DNA from: Amphiscolops sp. MND2022
Lineage: Eukaryota
NCBI GenBank assembly: GCA_964187785.1
Contig: OZ076409.1
Location: 32,302,001-32,366,000 of the forward strand
Direction: 5' to 3'
Length of the DNA: 64,000 bases
Position numbers and translations under genes: made by a program. Within the stretch, counting starts at the first letter, position 1. The number at the start of each line of letters is the position of its first letter. Under the pieces are notes generated by a model. The model was not told the DNA's origin, made no database searches, and was given only the letters and a program-made list of their open reading frames with translations. This document shows, one piece after another, positions 1 to 11,700 of the stretch.

Positions 1-935
1 CATTTCCGCCATGCGGGTGTCTGCCATGTTTTCTCTTTGCTTCATCAAGTCAATCAGAGAGGCGATGGATGCTTCCAACCGTCCTTGATTCTGGCGTCCT
101 TCGGCCTGTATTTCCAACAGGCCCCTTCGCATGTCATCCATATCCCTCATGATGACGTCAGCTCTCATTACATGTTCGGTGTTTTCTCTTGACAGTCGTG
201 AAATTACTTTTGAGAGTTGAGCCAGGCTGTTTCGGAAATCTTCTCTCACGGCTTGCGACTCTTTTATGATTTTCGTAACAGTTGAGTCCGGGGCCGTTTC
301 AGCGCTAGTTCTCGAGTTAGGCGTGTAGTTTTTTTTGCCAGTTCCTTTTGGAGCAAGATTTGAGTTTATTCATGGGGGTGTTCTAAAGACGTATCGCAAC
401 GGGTTGTCTTCCATTCGCGTTGATGGATTGTCGTTCGATTCAATAGGCACCGCTGATGGCTCTCCCTCTCGTGGGTAGCCGCTCAAAAAGGGATTTCTAG
501 TTCCGCTGTGCGGGGGGCCGCTACAGGAGTTGCATGGTTGCTACTTTGTGATGCCGTAGCTTCGGCTACACTTGTTTCGCGTTTTGGTTTTTTATTTGAG
601 TTTGGCCACTCCTCTAGACTGTAGTCAGTGACTTCGAGGGGTGGCCACGCATTATTTCGTGTGGTATTTTCGGTACCATCCACTGGATTGGTACTATCGG
701 GGGAAGCTTGCGACGAATCGAGCTGTTCGGCTGCATTTCTCATCTCCGTGTTTTGTTCTGCGTTGGGAATAAAGTCAGACATGAGTTCTGAAAATACATT
801 TGTAATGGTTGGTTCTTGGAGATTGTCAGCAAGAGTCTCCCATCGAGTAGTGTTTTCTATCATGCTACCAAATGGATTTGTAGCATGGAGGTTTTCGGGT
901 ACGTCCCAGTCCAATTTGGCCACGAGAAACGACAA
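1..935 (-). pseudogene. Gag N-terminal extension of the inverted copy (frameshifted by a ~47-bp deletion near 505)
   Basis: ORF 483-935 shares SDFIPNAEQNTEMR...ATPVAAPRT with ORF 6319-7341 and adds N-terminal residues missing from the main copy. Confidence 0.8.
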
Positions 936-3442
936 GTATTAAATGGGACCATTTCACTTGATTGGGACCGAGATTAACCAAAAGGCTTTTTACCAGCTTC
1001 GGTAATTGGGCTGGTGGAAATATACGTTCTAAGGTCAACTAAAATTTTCATCCCGGTCTCCGCTAAGTGGAGAGGATTAGGTTTACACTAAAACAAAATT
1101 TTTTTTGATTGATTGACTGTTTACGAGTTGCTGGCTAATCGGGTAGGCTGTGGAAGGGCCTATTGAGTTGAGGAGTGGTTGACTGGAATGAATAATGTTG
1201 GTCCAATTAGTTTTAGGGCTATGCGCTCATTCGACTAGTTGAACTTGTTTCTCACTAAGTTTTCTCGATTTATGGATTCAGGTACGGTAGGATGGATGGG
1301 ATTTGGGGGTGTGTATGGAAAAAAGACTCAATCGGAGGCGCAGAGGGTATTCTGTTTATGGAGGGGTTATTTTCAGGTCCGTATGGAGGTTGTTTGGGAC
1401 AGAAAGTGTGGAATTTTCCGTTCAATTTTCGTAAAATCAGTGAAATTGTCGTCGATTGGCACGTCTGGAAAGGGTGGAAAATGTTTCCAGGGCTCGTAGC
1501 GACGTGAAAATTTCACACCATATAGTACACTAGCTGAATCGTGGGAAGTTTAATGCCGACTGTACAGAAATTGACTCTATGGACGTTACGGTTATTTAAC
1601 AATGTTTATTGAAAATTTGATTATGTCGTAAAATTCGCAAAAAGTGGTCAAGTTCGCCTTCTAGGCGTCCCAGCCACCTAAAAATTTGCAGGCGAGCGTA
1701 ACTTGTGCCCACGTAACCGAACAAAACGGCGGCGAAGTGTCTGAATCAATATCCAGTGATCCGAAGTGACAAAACCTTGATATACCAGGGGTATCACTTT
1801 TTCGGGTAAAAACTCACAAAAATGCCAATTTCTCCGCTTTCGCTAGGAGCCGGCCACTCAAATTGCGCAAATCGTCGGGATCTAGTGACGTGCGTATTAA
1901 ACTGCAAGAATTTTAGTGCTGAGGTATCTGCAAGGTATTGCACTATGCTCAACTAAAATTTTATTTTTTCTACATTTTCGTACACTTTTTGAGCGAAACC
2001 GCGGCTATGATTTCTCAAGGACTAGCAGTTCTAGTGCAATGAAAATTACACCAGTAAGGTAACTTTTTGCGGTCCACACGATGGTGTAAAACGTTTTGAG
2101 CTGCTCCCACTGGGAGAGATTCCGACCTGCTCTTGGAACACTATACCAATATTCCGAAATTGTCACTAAAATCTCACGTTTTTGGCAATTTCTCGGCAAC
2201 CACTGGTTGGAATCGCTCGCGGTTTTCTGCACTTGCAACGTGAGGGTTTTTACTAACAAAAAATAAGCAAGCGAAACCTGGTAGGTTCCAAATTGGATTT
2301 CTCAAAAATTTTTTAAGTTGCACTTTTTACACTCTCGGAACAACACTGAAATAACGTGTTTTCGTCAAGAAATTTTTGTCTATCGGTTCTTGGATGTTCG
2401 AAATTGTTCCAATAGTATTGTAAGAAAGCGTGACAATTTATTTTATGGGGATGGGGTTCGTTCAATTATCATTTTTGATGTTATATCTCTCAGGTCTATG
2501 GGGTCCTCTACTCGGGTCTATGTGTATTGAAAGAAACAAGCAGTTAAAGTTTCAATTTCTATTGGGGAACCTTAGGAAACAACTTGGTAGTAGTGACTCG
2601 TACTACCAAGCTAGGGAGAAAGATTTTTGGGCGAATTCGGAAGCTTGGAAGTTAACGTCCAAAGCTTTGCCCTCGTCAAATTGGGTCAAATTAGCCAAAT
2701 TTGACGATTTTTTGACAAAAATCGCTGAATTTTTTGCTAGTTTGGAAAAATGGCCCGCAAAATTTTTTGTTCCTGACCCAGTGGGTCTATTGGAACGTTT
2801 TTCTAGTTTCCTCACTGGCCTTACTCTATTTGGCAGAATATTGGCTTTCAAAATTGGAAATTTCGGTCTTTGAGCTATAAATGGTGTTATTTTCAAGGTT
2901 TTCGAGCTCAAATTTTTTAACAACTGATCTGAATACCCTCTGGGTATTTTTGTCAGTTAGTTATTATGGGAATAGGCCTGGGAATATTCTTTTTGGGCCG
3001 TTAAAGTAAAAAATAGCCGATTTCACCCGTTTGACGTAGTATACAGCACTCACAGGGGCGTGGGAGGACCAGTCGTGTAGGACGTCACCACGTCATCACA
3101 GCTGGTGGGAACCTTCGGTGTCTGTCCTCTCTGTCCCCATACAGTGCAAATTAGCTGAAAATAAGCTAGAAAAACCTTTAAAACACGTTGCGGATAGGCC
3201 GGAATAGTTTTTTTATTAGGTTTTTGTAAGGTTAAAGGGGGTACACTGTTAGAAACTGTTAATGTCTCTCGATAGACATCAGAAATATGCGGAAAATGCA
3301 GGAACAATACTAGTACAAAGCCCAGACGGCTGGAAAAAGATTTAAAAAATAATCTAGGACCCTCCCCTGAGTTTTTTTTAGATCCGAACCTAACAGGGCC
3401 GGAAGGCAGAAGTTGCTCCTACTTGTACGCAAAATGAAAAAT

Positions 3443-3460
3443 ATCCCTCTGTGGTCGCCA
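3443..3460 (-). promoter_or_regulatory. Primer-binding site, tRNA-Arg-like (TGGCGACCACAGAGGGAT)
   Basis: Starts with TGG, lies 16 nt from the LTR end, and its complement ends ...GTGGTCGCCA as in metazoan tRNA-Arg(UCG) 3' ends (tRNA identity from recall). Confidence 0.7.
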
Positions 3461-3487
3461 TAAAAACTATTCCAGATGTAACGTCCG

Positions 3488-4579
3488 GCTGCGCTGGAAA
3501 TATTCTTAAATCTACACAGCAGAGAGAAGGAACGAGAAGACTCTGTTGGCGAAGACTATGCACGTGGAATCCAAATCTTCAAAAGTTTGTTTATGCAGTA
3601 TGGTCATCTAGAATTAGCCAACAACCTACCCGATTTCCCACAAGAAACCACCACCCACCAAAACAGCGCAACAAATGCGGCTGCCCCTGGCAGCTCACAG
3701 CAGACAACATCCAGTGGGTTACCCTCAGAAAGAACTGAAACCCAAATGGAGGAAGATCAGGAGAATCTACCCGTCGCCATAAAGCCCAACGATGAACCAA
3801 TGACTGACGATAATTTCACGTTATCCGACGGAGCAATCCCTGTCCGAGATGAACCCGACACGGGAATATCACAAATGGACGCCGCTGATATAGAGTCAGA
3901 GCTGAATAACTTGCTTACCATCGACGACTCCATGCAGTATCCTCCCTTAGTGACAGAATCGTCTACTAACCAGGAGTCAGCAATGACATCATCCGTTTCG
4001 AACTCACAACAGAGCCAGAATAATGAGTGAAAGAGCAGTAACCAATGCTGACCCGTCCACCAAAAGAAAACCAAACCCACTCTCAAACGAATACAACTTT
4101 ATCTTAATGGTTATAGACCATTTCATTTTAATTGGTGCTACGTACACTGAGTTCCTAAGCAATACTTGTTATGTGCTTAAAATTTTAGTTAAACTACACT
4201 ATGTGGGTGGGCCCTGAGCCAGTGCCCACCCTCTCCAATTTGGTAATTATCTACTACTACCAAGACCTGAATGTTGTTACTTGAGAAGTGCAAGGATACT
4301 TCCTAGAAAAGAGATTTTAACTTAAACCAGTGAAAACTGCATGAAACTTTTAAAATTGGCTGTCGTGATTCTAGTTTTGTCGAACAGTTTGAGTTATCGT
4401 AAAACTGACAAGTACTAAAACACCAGAAAGTGACGGGAAATTTGGAGGCTGACAGGAAACAAGTAAGAAAAAAGCCAAACCTTTCTTAGGTAATCAACAG
4501 ACTCTCAGCATTGCTGTTACCCTCTGGGTATGAGCATCCTCTCGTTTGCCGAGGATGACAAACTACGGCCCGGGGAGGT
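3488..4579 (+). mobile_element. 3' internal fragment of a second Gypsy copy (end of ORF3, 3' UTR, polypurine tract at 4572-4578)
   Basis: Direct repeat of 19547-20640. ORF 3587-4030 matches the ends of ORFs 19151-19798 and 19734-20084. Confidence 0.92.
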
Positions 4580-5298
4580 TGTAACGTCAGCCACTGGCAT
4601 CACAAAATTTCGATGAAAAATTCGAAATGTGCGATATCGAAATAGAAGAATCAAAATGGCCGACCTAGCAGGTACGAAAAGAATGAACAAAAAGAGAGAC
4701 CACGCGGAGAGCGAGCAAGAAACAGAGCACGTGTGAAAAAGTTGCACAAAAAGATGAAGAATTGCCAGAAGATGAAAAAACATCAGCAGAAAGATTATCG
4801 GAATGTTGTGCCATCTCCTTGGGAAATCAACAACATCTGCAGTCCACTGCCAGAGGCAAAATATGGATGGTGTACTGAAAACTGTAACGTAACTGAGGCC
4901 TATCCCCGTTTTTGTTTAATATTCCCCCTTTTTCCTCGAAATATTTGGATGATGAATGACCTTCTAGGTCTTTTTTAGATCTTATTCACCAAATACGATG
5001 TTTTCCAGCTAAATACTGTTTTGACCTCGGAAGTATGTAGGAACACGTAGGAACGTACTAGAAACCTTAGGATACGTTTTTACAGGCTTGTGGGGCGTGT
5101 CCGGACTTTGAGAGTGCCGGCGCGTCGCTTCGGAGCTCTAATTTGAGAAGCCTCCTTAGACGTCAGAAAAGTCCCCCTAGGAGACCATTTTGGGATCAAA
5201 AACTAGTGTCTAGGCATGTAGTAAGACAACAGTCTCCTGTTTAAGCATCCTAGGCATTGTCCCTCTTCCTAGATGTGCGTCGCTAGCCGGTCGTTACA
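4580..5298 (+). repeat. LTR (719 bp), shared between the upstream fragment and the main element
   Basis: TGTAACG...CGTTACA termini, preceded by a PPT and followed by a PBS; about 96% identical to 20641-21358 by hand count. Confidence 0.95.
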
Positions 5299-5314
5299 TC
5301 TGGAATAGTTTTTA

Positions 5315-5332
5315 TGGAGACCACAGAGGGAT
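5315..5332 (+). promoter_or_regulatory. Primer-binding site (TGGAGACCACAGAGGGAT), tRNA-Arg-like
   Basis: Same site as 3443-3460 with one substitution; 16 nt after the LTR. Confidence 0.7.
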
Positions 5333-6318
5333 ATTTTTCAATTTGCGTACAAGTAGGAGCAACTTCTGCCTTCCGGCCCTGTTAGGTCCGGATCTATGAA
5401 AAACTCAGGGAAGGATCCTAGATTATTTTTTAAATCTTTTTCCAGCCCTCTGGGCTTTGTACTAGTATTGTTCCTGCATTTTCCGCATATTTCTGAGATC
5501 TATCTAGAGAAATTAACAGTTTCTAACAGTGTACTCCCTTTAACCTTACCAAAACCTAACAAAAAAGCTATTCCGGCCTATCCGGAAGGTGTTTTAAAGG
5601 GTTTTCTAGCTTATTTTTAGCTAATTTTCAATGTATGGGGACAAAGAGGACGAACACCGAAGGTTCCCACCAGCTGTGATGACGTGGTGACGTCCTACAC
5701 GACTGCTCCTCCCACGCCCCTGTGATTGCTGTATACCACGTCAAACGGGTGAAATCGGCTATTTTCTTAATTTAACGGCCCAAAAAGAATATTCCCAGGC
5801 CTATTCCCATAATAACTAACTGAGAAAAATACCCAGAGGGTATTCAGATCAGTTGTTAAAAAATTTGAGCTCGAAAACCTTGAAAAGAACACCATTTATA
5901 GCTCAAATACCGAAATTTCCGATTTTGAAAGCCAATATTCTGCCAAATAGAGTAAGGCCAGTGGGAACACTAGAAAAACGTTCCAATAGACCCACTGGGT
6001 CAGGAACAAAAAATTTTGCGATGCCATTTTTCCAAAATAGCAAAAAAATCAGCGATTTTTGTTAAAAAATTGTCAAGTTTGGCCATTTTGACCCAATTTG
6101 ACGAAGGCAAAGCCTTGGACGTTAGCTTCCAAGCTTCCAAATCCGCCCAAAAATCTTTCTTCTAGCTTGGTAGTACGAGACACTACTACCAAGTTGTTTC
6201 CTAAGGTTCCCCAATAGAAATTGAAACTTTAACTACTTGTTTCTTTCAATACACATAGACCCGAGTAGAAGACCCCATAGACCTGAGAGATATAACATCA
6301 AAAATAATAATTGAACTC

Positions 6319-8830
6319 ATGTTTGACTTTATTCCCAACGCAGAACAAAACACGGAGATGAGAACCGCAGCCGAACAGCTCGACTTGTCGCAAGCTTCCC
6401 CCGATGGTACCAATCCAGTGGATGGTACCGAAAATACCATACGAAATAATGCGTGGCCACCCCTCAAAGTCACTGACTACAGTCTAGAGGAGTGGCCAAA
6501 CTCAAATCAAAAACCACCACGCGAAACAAGTGTAGCCGAAGATACGGCATCACAAAGTAGCAACCATGCAACTCCTGTAGCGGCCCCCCGCACCCCTTCC
6601 ATCAACAAGAACCCGCAGGTTTCTCTCGCATTAGGTACCAGCGGAACTAGAAATCCCTTTTTGAGCGACTACGCACGAGAGGGAGAGCCATCAGCGATGC
6701 CTATTGAATCGAACGACAATCCATCAACGCAAATGGAAGACAACCCGTTGCGATACGTCTTTAGAACACCCCCATCAATAAACTCAAATCTTGCTCCAAA
6801 AAGAACTGGCAAATCAAACTACAGGCCTAACTCGAGAACTAGCGCTGAAACGGCCCCGGACTCAACTGTTACGAAAATCACAAAAGAGTCGCAAGCCGTG
6901 AGAGAAGATTTCCGAAACAGCCTGGCTCAACTCTCAAAAGTACATTCACGACTGTCAAGAGAAAACACCGAACATGTAATGAGAGCTGACGTCATCATGA
7001 GGGATATGGATGACATGAGAAAGGGCCTGTTGGAAATACAGGCCGAAGGACGCGAGCATCAAGGAAGGTTGGAAGCATCCATGGCCTCTCTGAATGACTT
7101 GATGAAGCAAAGAGAAAACATGGCAGACACCCGCATGGCGGAAATGTCAGCCGTGATGAAAGAGCGAGATCGTCGTCAAGCTGACGAACGAATGAGAATG
7201 ATGTCAGAGTTCATGCAGCGCAGAGAAAATGACGCAAACACTCGAATGATAGACTTGATGACCACGATGAAAGACCTAACACTAGGAGTGAGAGCAATGA
7301 CGGCACAAACCGCAGCAGCCCAAACCAAAACCCTCCACTAGCGCGGCCCCACACCCAACGCAAGCTACCTACCGAAAAGTGGCACAGTCCAACATCGAAC
7401 AACCCAAACCCCTAAAATTGGTGCCGCCCGCAATCTACAAAAGAGATCAACCACGTACAAGCAAGATAGCAAGAGTGATCCGAGCAGAATCTTGCGATGT
7501 GGGTACGCACCCACTAACTAGCGTATCATTCGACCCCTTTGCTCGTGGTCCATCTACAACGGGAGATTACTATTCTCCTGCAAGCGGAATAACGACGAGA
7601 GAGTCAAACTACTACACCCCCAGAACCAAAACAAGTAGTGACCCTCCCAAACAGACGTACTTACACTTGGTCCCACGACCAGTGGCCACCAGTACGCAGT
7701 GAAAAATTACCGCTAAGCGAAATCTGGAACAAGACCAACAGGAGATGGAACAGCTTCCTGCAACGCCAAGCGCAACCCCAGACACCCCAAGAACGAGCCA
7801 ACGGCAAGCACTGGCTGAAGCCATTTCGACCGCGATGTCCAAGGGTCTGGAACCGCTGCTAGCGGCGAAAGAGTCGAAGAACAAACCGACGAAATATCGA
7901 GGAACCAAGGACGGCAACGCCGGCGGCTGGATGATGTTGATGAAGCGTCACTTGGAGAAGGCACATGCCAAAGCCAGTCCCCTCGACAGAGCCTGGACAA
8001 TCATTGAATATCTAGAAAACGAGGCCAGAGACTACATCACCAACAAATCCGAGGCAGAAAGAGACACCGACGAAAAAGTCTTTGCATTGCTAGCGCGGCG
8101 ATTTGGAACTGGGTCAAGTAAGATCCACATACAACAACAGTTCAGGACCCGCAACCAGAACAACGAGGAGTACTATATGCAATACCTCGATGCCCTCGAA
8201 GGTCTGCGTAGCCAAGGCTACCCCAACGAGGAAATGACTGTTCGCAGATACGAAATTATGCAAAAATTCATCGAAGGCGTTCGCAATTTCGAACTGAAAC
8301 GGAACCTAGCCCTCATGTACGCACAAGAAAAACACGTTGAAACACCACCGACAGTAGAAGCGCTTCGCTTCACAGTCCAGCAATACTTGCGCATGCGAGG
8401 TTCCAATCGTTCAGAAAATTATCAAATGGCTCAACCTCAACAACCACAACCCCCACCACCAAACCAACAACCAAAATTGCCCCCGGCAATTCCACCGCCA
8501 GTGCAACAACCTCAACAAGTGCCACCTCAACAGCAGGCACCCTTTAGACAACAACCCCAACGAGCATGCTTTATCTGTGGTGACCCATCACACTTTGTGA
8601 TCGACTGTCCACTGAAAGATCGCGCACGAAAACCAATGCAGCAACAACTGAATTCATGTCACACGAATCCATCCGGTGGATGGACTTGCCCATCGCAACC
8701 ACACGGGGTGAATAACGAAATGCACCCAGCATCTCTGCCAATCCAAGGAACCGTTGCCTTCTGCATCAATTGCGGATGCACTGAACATTCTGCATCAGAA
8801 TGTAGGGCCCCAGAACATCCCAGACAAGAA
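6319..8830 (+). pseudogene. gag: Gag: coiled-coil/low-complexity N-extension, capsid-like region, two CCHC zinc knuckles
   Basis: CFICGDPSHFVIDC and CINCGCTEHSASEC knuckles. ORFs 7379-7702 and 7745-9403 share a frame across one TGA; there is a frameshift near 7330. Confidence 0.88.
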
Positions 8831-8939
8831 CAACAAGTTAGGGAAGCATGGTATGCTCCGTATACCAACCAGTTAGATGGCGACCAACAAGATGATCAAG
8901 TAAAAGTAATCTCAGTTGCAGAGGCAGGAGGCCCGTCTC

Positions 8940-9330
8940 GCCCCATTATTGTTACTTGCGGCGAAAAACAAGTGCTTACCACATTAGAAGCACCCGCCCC
9001 TGATTGCACCGAGACACTCATCTCCATACACTTACTCCCCTCTGCCGAACAAAAATCGCGTCCCACATTAACGTTAGCGCAATTGAAAGAGGAACTGTGT
9101 AGAAAATCTAAATGCACAATCGCCGCTCGACCGTTACCGCACTTCACCCGCGACGACGAGACCAAGTTAGCGCCGATTCAAAAAGTGAAAACAATTTCTC
9201 CCGTCGCAGTAGCAATTAACGTAGATGGCGTAGATATTAAATTCGATGCCATTGTAGTCCTAGAAGGTTATTTCCCACAGGGACTATACCTGGGCCGCCA
9301 GGAGTTACGGTGTTACAACATTGGTATACA
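8940..9330 (+). pseudogene. Degenerate aspartic-protease-like domain lacking the catalytic Asp
   Basis: PIIVTCGEKQVLTTLEAPAPDCTETLIS ... VAVAINVDGVDIKFDAIVV ... LYLGRQEL follows the retropepsin pattern (ALLDTGA..S ... LLGRDFL) but has no DTG. Confidence 0.55.
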
Positions 9331-9399
9331 AGACACCCAGGGACACCCAGGGGGAAGCTCGCATCAACGAAAGAGCATCATTGAAGGTTGCCTTTGGCA

Positions 9400-9720
9400 A
9401 TGACCTGCAAGAACCCATTCCCTTATACGGTATGATCGACACGGGTTCAGGTGTCTCTATCCTCTCTATTGCCGCGTACCAAAAGATAGCATCCGCCCTT
9501 TCATTGAGTCTCCAGCCGTATGACATCCAGCTGTACGCAGCCAACGGCAAGACCATAACCACTGTCGGTATTGCTGAAGATGTGAACTTTCAATTGGGTG
9601 GCCACACACTGAAGACCAACTTCATAGTCATCACAGACCACTTAGGAGCTGAAGACTTCCTTCTAGGACGCAACTTTTTACGCACTTATAATGTCTTTGT
9701 GGACCTGACTGCAATGAGAG
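9400..9720 (+). pseudogene. Retropepsin aspartic protease
   Basis: MIDTGSGVSILS (D at 9438) and DFLLGRNFL. Confidence 0.92.
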
Positions 9721-10389
9721 TCATCATCCGAGATCCAAAATCTCCACGCCATTTTAAACCAGTCCTTGAGGTTAGTGACCATGAACCTTCTTTAGTAGTC
9801 TCTACCGAAATGGTTGTACTAGGACCTTTTGAACGTAAACTAGTTAGAGCACAAGTCATTACCCAGGACCCCAATGAATACCGTTTCCGCAATGTAATGA
9901 TACGCCCCAGTGGGGTGTACAACCGAAGTTCCTTTGTTTCAGAAGACACTTCAGTGGGAGAAGATGGCGCAGTGTACCTTGCCATAAGAAACAAAACAGC
10001 CTGTGAAAACTTACAGATTCCAAGTAAAACTGTCCTCGGCAAGGCAGAGCCAACCGTCTTTGTGTTCGAACCGGTCACAGTTGACCGAACAAATGGAACT
10101 TCCATGCCTCTTGTAGAACATGTTAATAATATTTGTACTTTTAATTTTAGTGATACAAGCAGTGAATTTAGTTCCTTCGCCCAAAAGTTTTTGTCATCCA
10201 CTGAGTTGTCAGAAGAGGAAGTGTCAGAAAATGAAAAACATGCACAAACCGATCCCTAACTGTTAAAATCAATACCAGGACCTGACCTATCCTCTGTCCT
10301 TTCTTTCTGGGGGGAGGGTGCAAGAGATCAGTTAGCAGAAGTTTTAAACCAGTACGACGACCTTTTTATGAAACATTAGGCCGACATAG

Positions 10390-11160
10390 GAAAATGTACG
10401 ATAGCAAAACATCGTATTGAGTTAGAACCGGAAGCTATCCCCCACAGGGAGGGCGCAAGACGAATGTCCCCCGACAAGGCTGCCAAAGCCAATCAAGAAG
10501 TAAGGAACCTCCTATCTTTAGGCTTATTTCAACCCTCCTACTCGCCATGGGCTAGTGGAATAGTATAGGTAAAGAAAAAGACAGGCGAACTCCGCTTCTG
10601 TTGCGACCTCCGACCACTAAATGACGTAACAGTAAAAAACGCCTTCCCCCTGCCCAGAAAAGACGAGAGTCTATCCAGGATTGGCAACGCAAAACTCTTT
10701 ACAAGCATCGATCTAGCGTGGGCCTTTTGGCAGATACCTCTGAAGAAACGCGACAGAAGGAAAACAGCATTTGCCTTCGAACTAGGTTTATTCGAATGGC
10801 GACGTATGCCCTTTGGGCTATGCAATGCATCCGCCACCTTCCAACGATCCATCACAAGAGCCTTACAAAAAATCCAACAAAGACATGGGAGTGTCGTCAT
10901 GGCCTACATCGACGACATAGAAATTGCAACCGAAACAATCGAAGACCACATCATGAGAATTAAAGAAGTATTCGAATGTCTCAGAGAGGCAGGCTTCAAA
11001 TGCGAGCGGAAAAATGCGACTTTATGCGCACGGAAACCAAATATCTAGGACGAATAGTGTCCGCTGGGGGAATACGGCCCGACCCAGAAGCAGTGACCAA
11101 AATCCAAGAGTGGTTACCTCCTAGGAACAAGGAAGAACTTCAAAGCTTCCTAGGATTTGC
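10390..11160 (+). pseudogene. Reverse transcriptase (Gypsy type)
   Basis: SPWASGIV, RFCCDLRPLN, PLPR, IDLAWAFWQIPL, MPFGLCNASATFQR and YIDD (10905-10916), with in-frame stops and frameshifts. Confidence 0.96.
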
Positions 11161-11299
11161 TAATTCCACGCCGCCAAGGTACAACCCATGCAAGAATTGT
11201 TGAAGAAAAATCAACACTTCTGTTGGGAGGAAAGACACCAAGAAGCCTTCGACTTGGTGAAACAAGCCTTATCCGACGCTACCACCCTAGCTGCACCGA

Positions 11300-11700
11300 A
11301 TGAGCAAGGACGGTTCGTGATAGACACAGATGCCAGTACAGTGGCAATCGCGGGTATTCTGCACCAAGAACAAGAATACAACGGCAAAACCATCCTGAGA
11401 TCGATCGTCTACGGTAGCAAATCACTGACCAAGACCCAATTAAACTACGGTGCCCCCAAATTGGAAATGTATGCAGTGTTTTACTTCGTAGAGAAATTCC
11501 ACTCATACCTAGCAGGTACAGAATTCACGCTTCGCGTAGATAATCAAGCCCTATCATGGCTTAAAACGTACTCCATGGACCAAGCCATGAGTGGTCGTTG
11601 AATCGCACGCCTAGACCAGTATCATTTCAAAACCATCCACAGACCGCGTACGCAACACCGAAACGTCGATGGACTTAGCAAGCGCACCAACGACTATATC
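11300..11700 (+). pseudogene. RNase H
   Basis: FVIDTDAS..AIAGILHQ, NYGAPKLEMYAV, RVDNQALSWL. Confidence 0.94.

Larger units (their letters stand above)
1..3490 (-). mobile_element. 5' part of an inverted copy of the Gypsy element (LTR tip, PBS, long leader, gag N-terminus), running off the left edge
   Basis: Reverse complement of 2460-3490 matches 5285-6316, and 1-788 matches 6313-7146. 3477-3490 is the reverse-complemented LTR 3' tip (TGTAACG...). Confidence 0.92.

Noticed and set aside
4517-4978. ORFs overlapping the LTR
   Set aside because: Short and low-complexity; the + strand ORF is not preserved in the other LTR, and the minus ORF is expected to recur simply because the DNA is duplicated.
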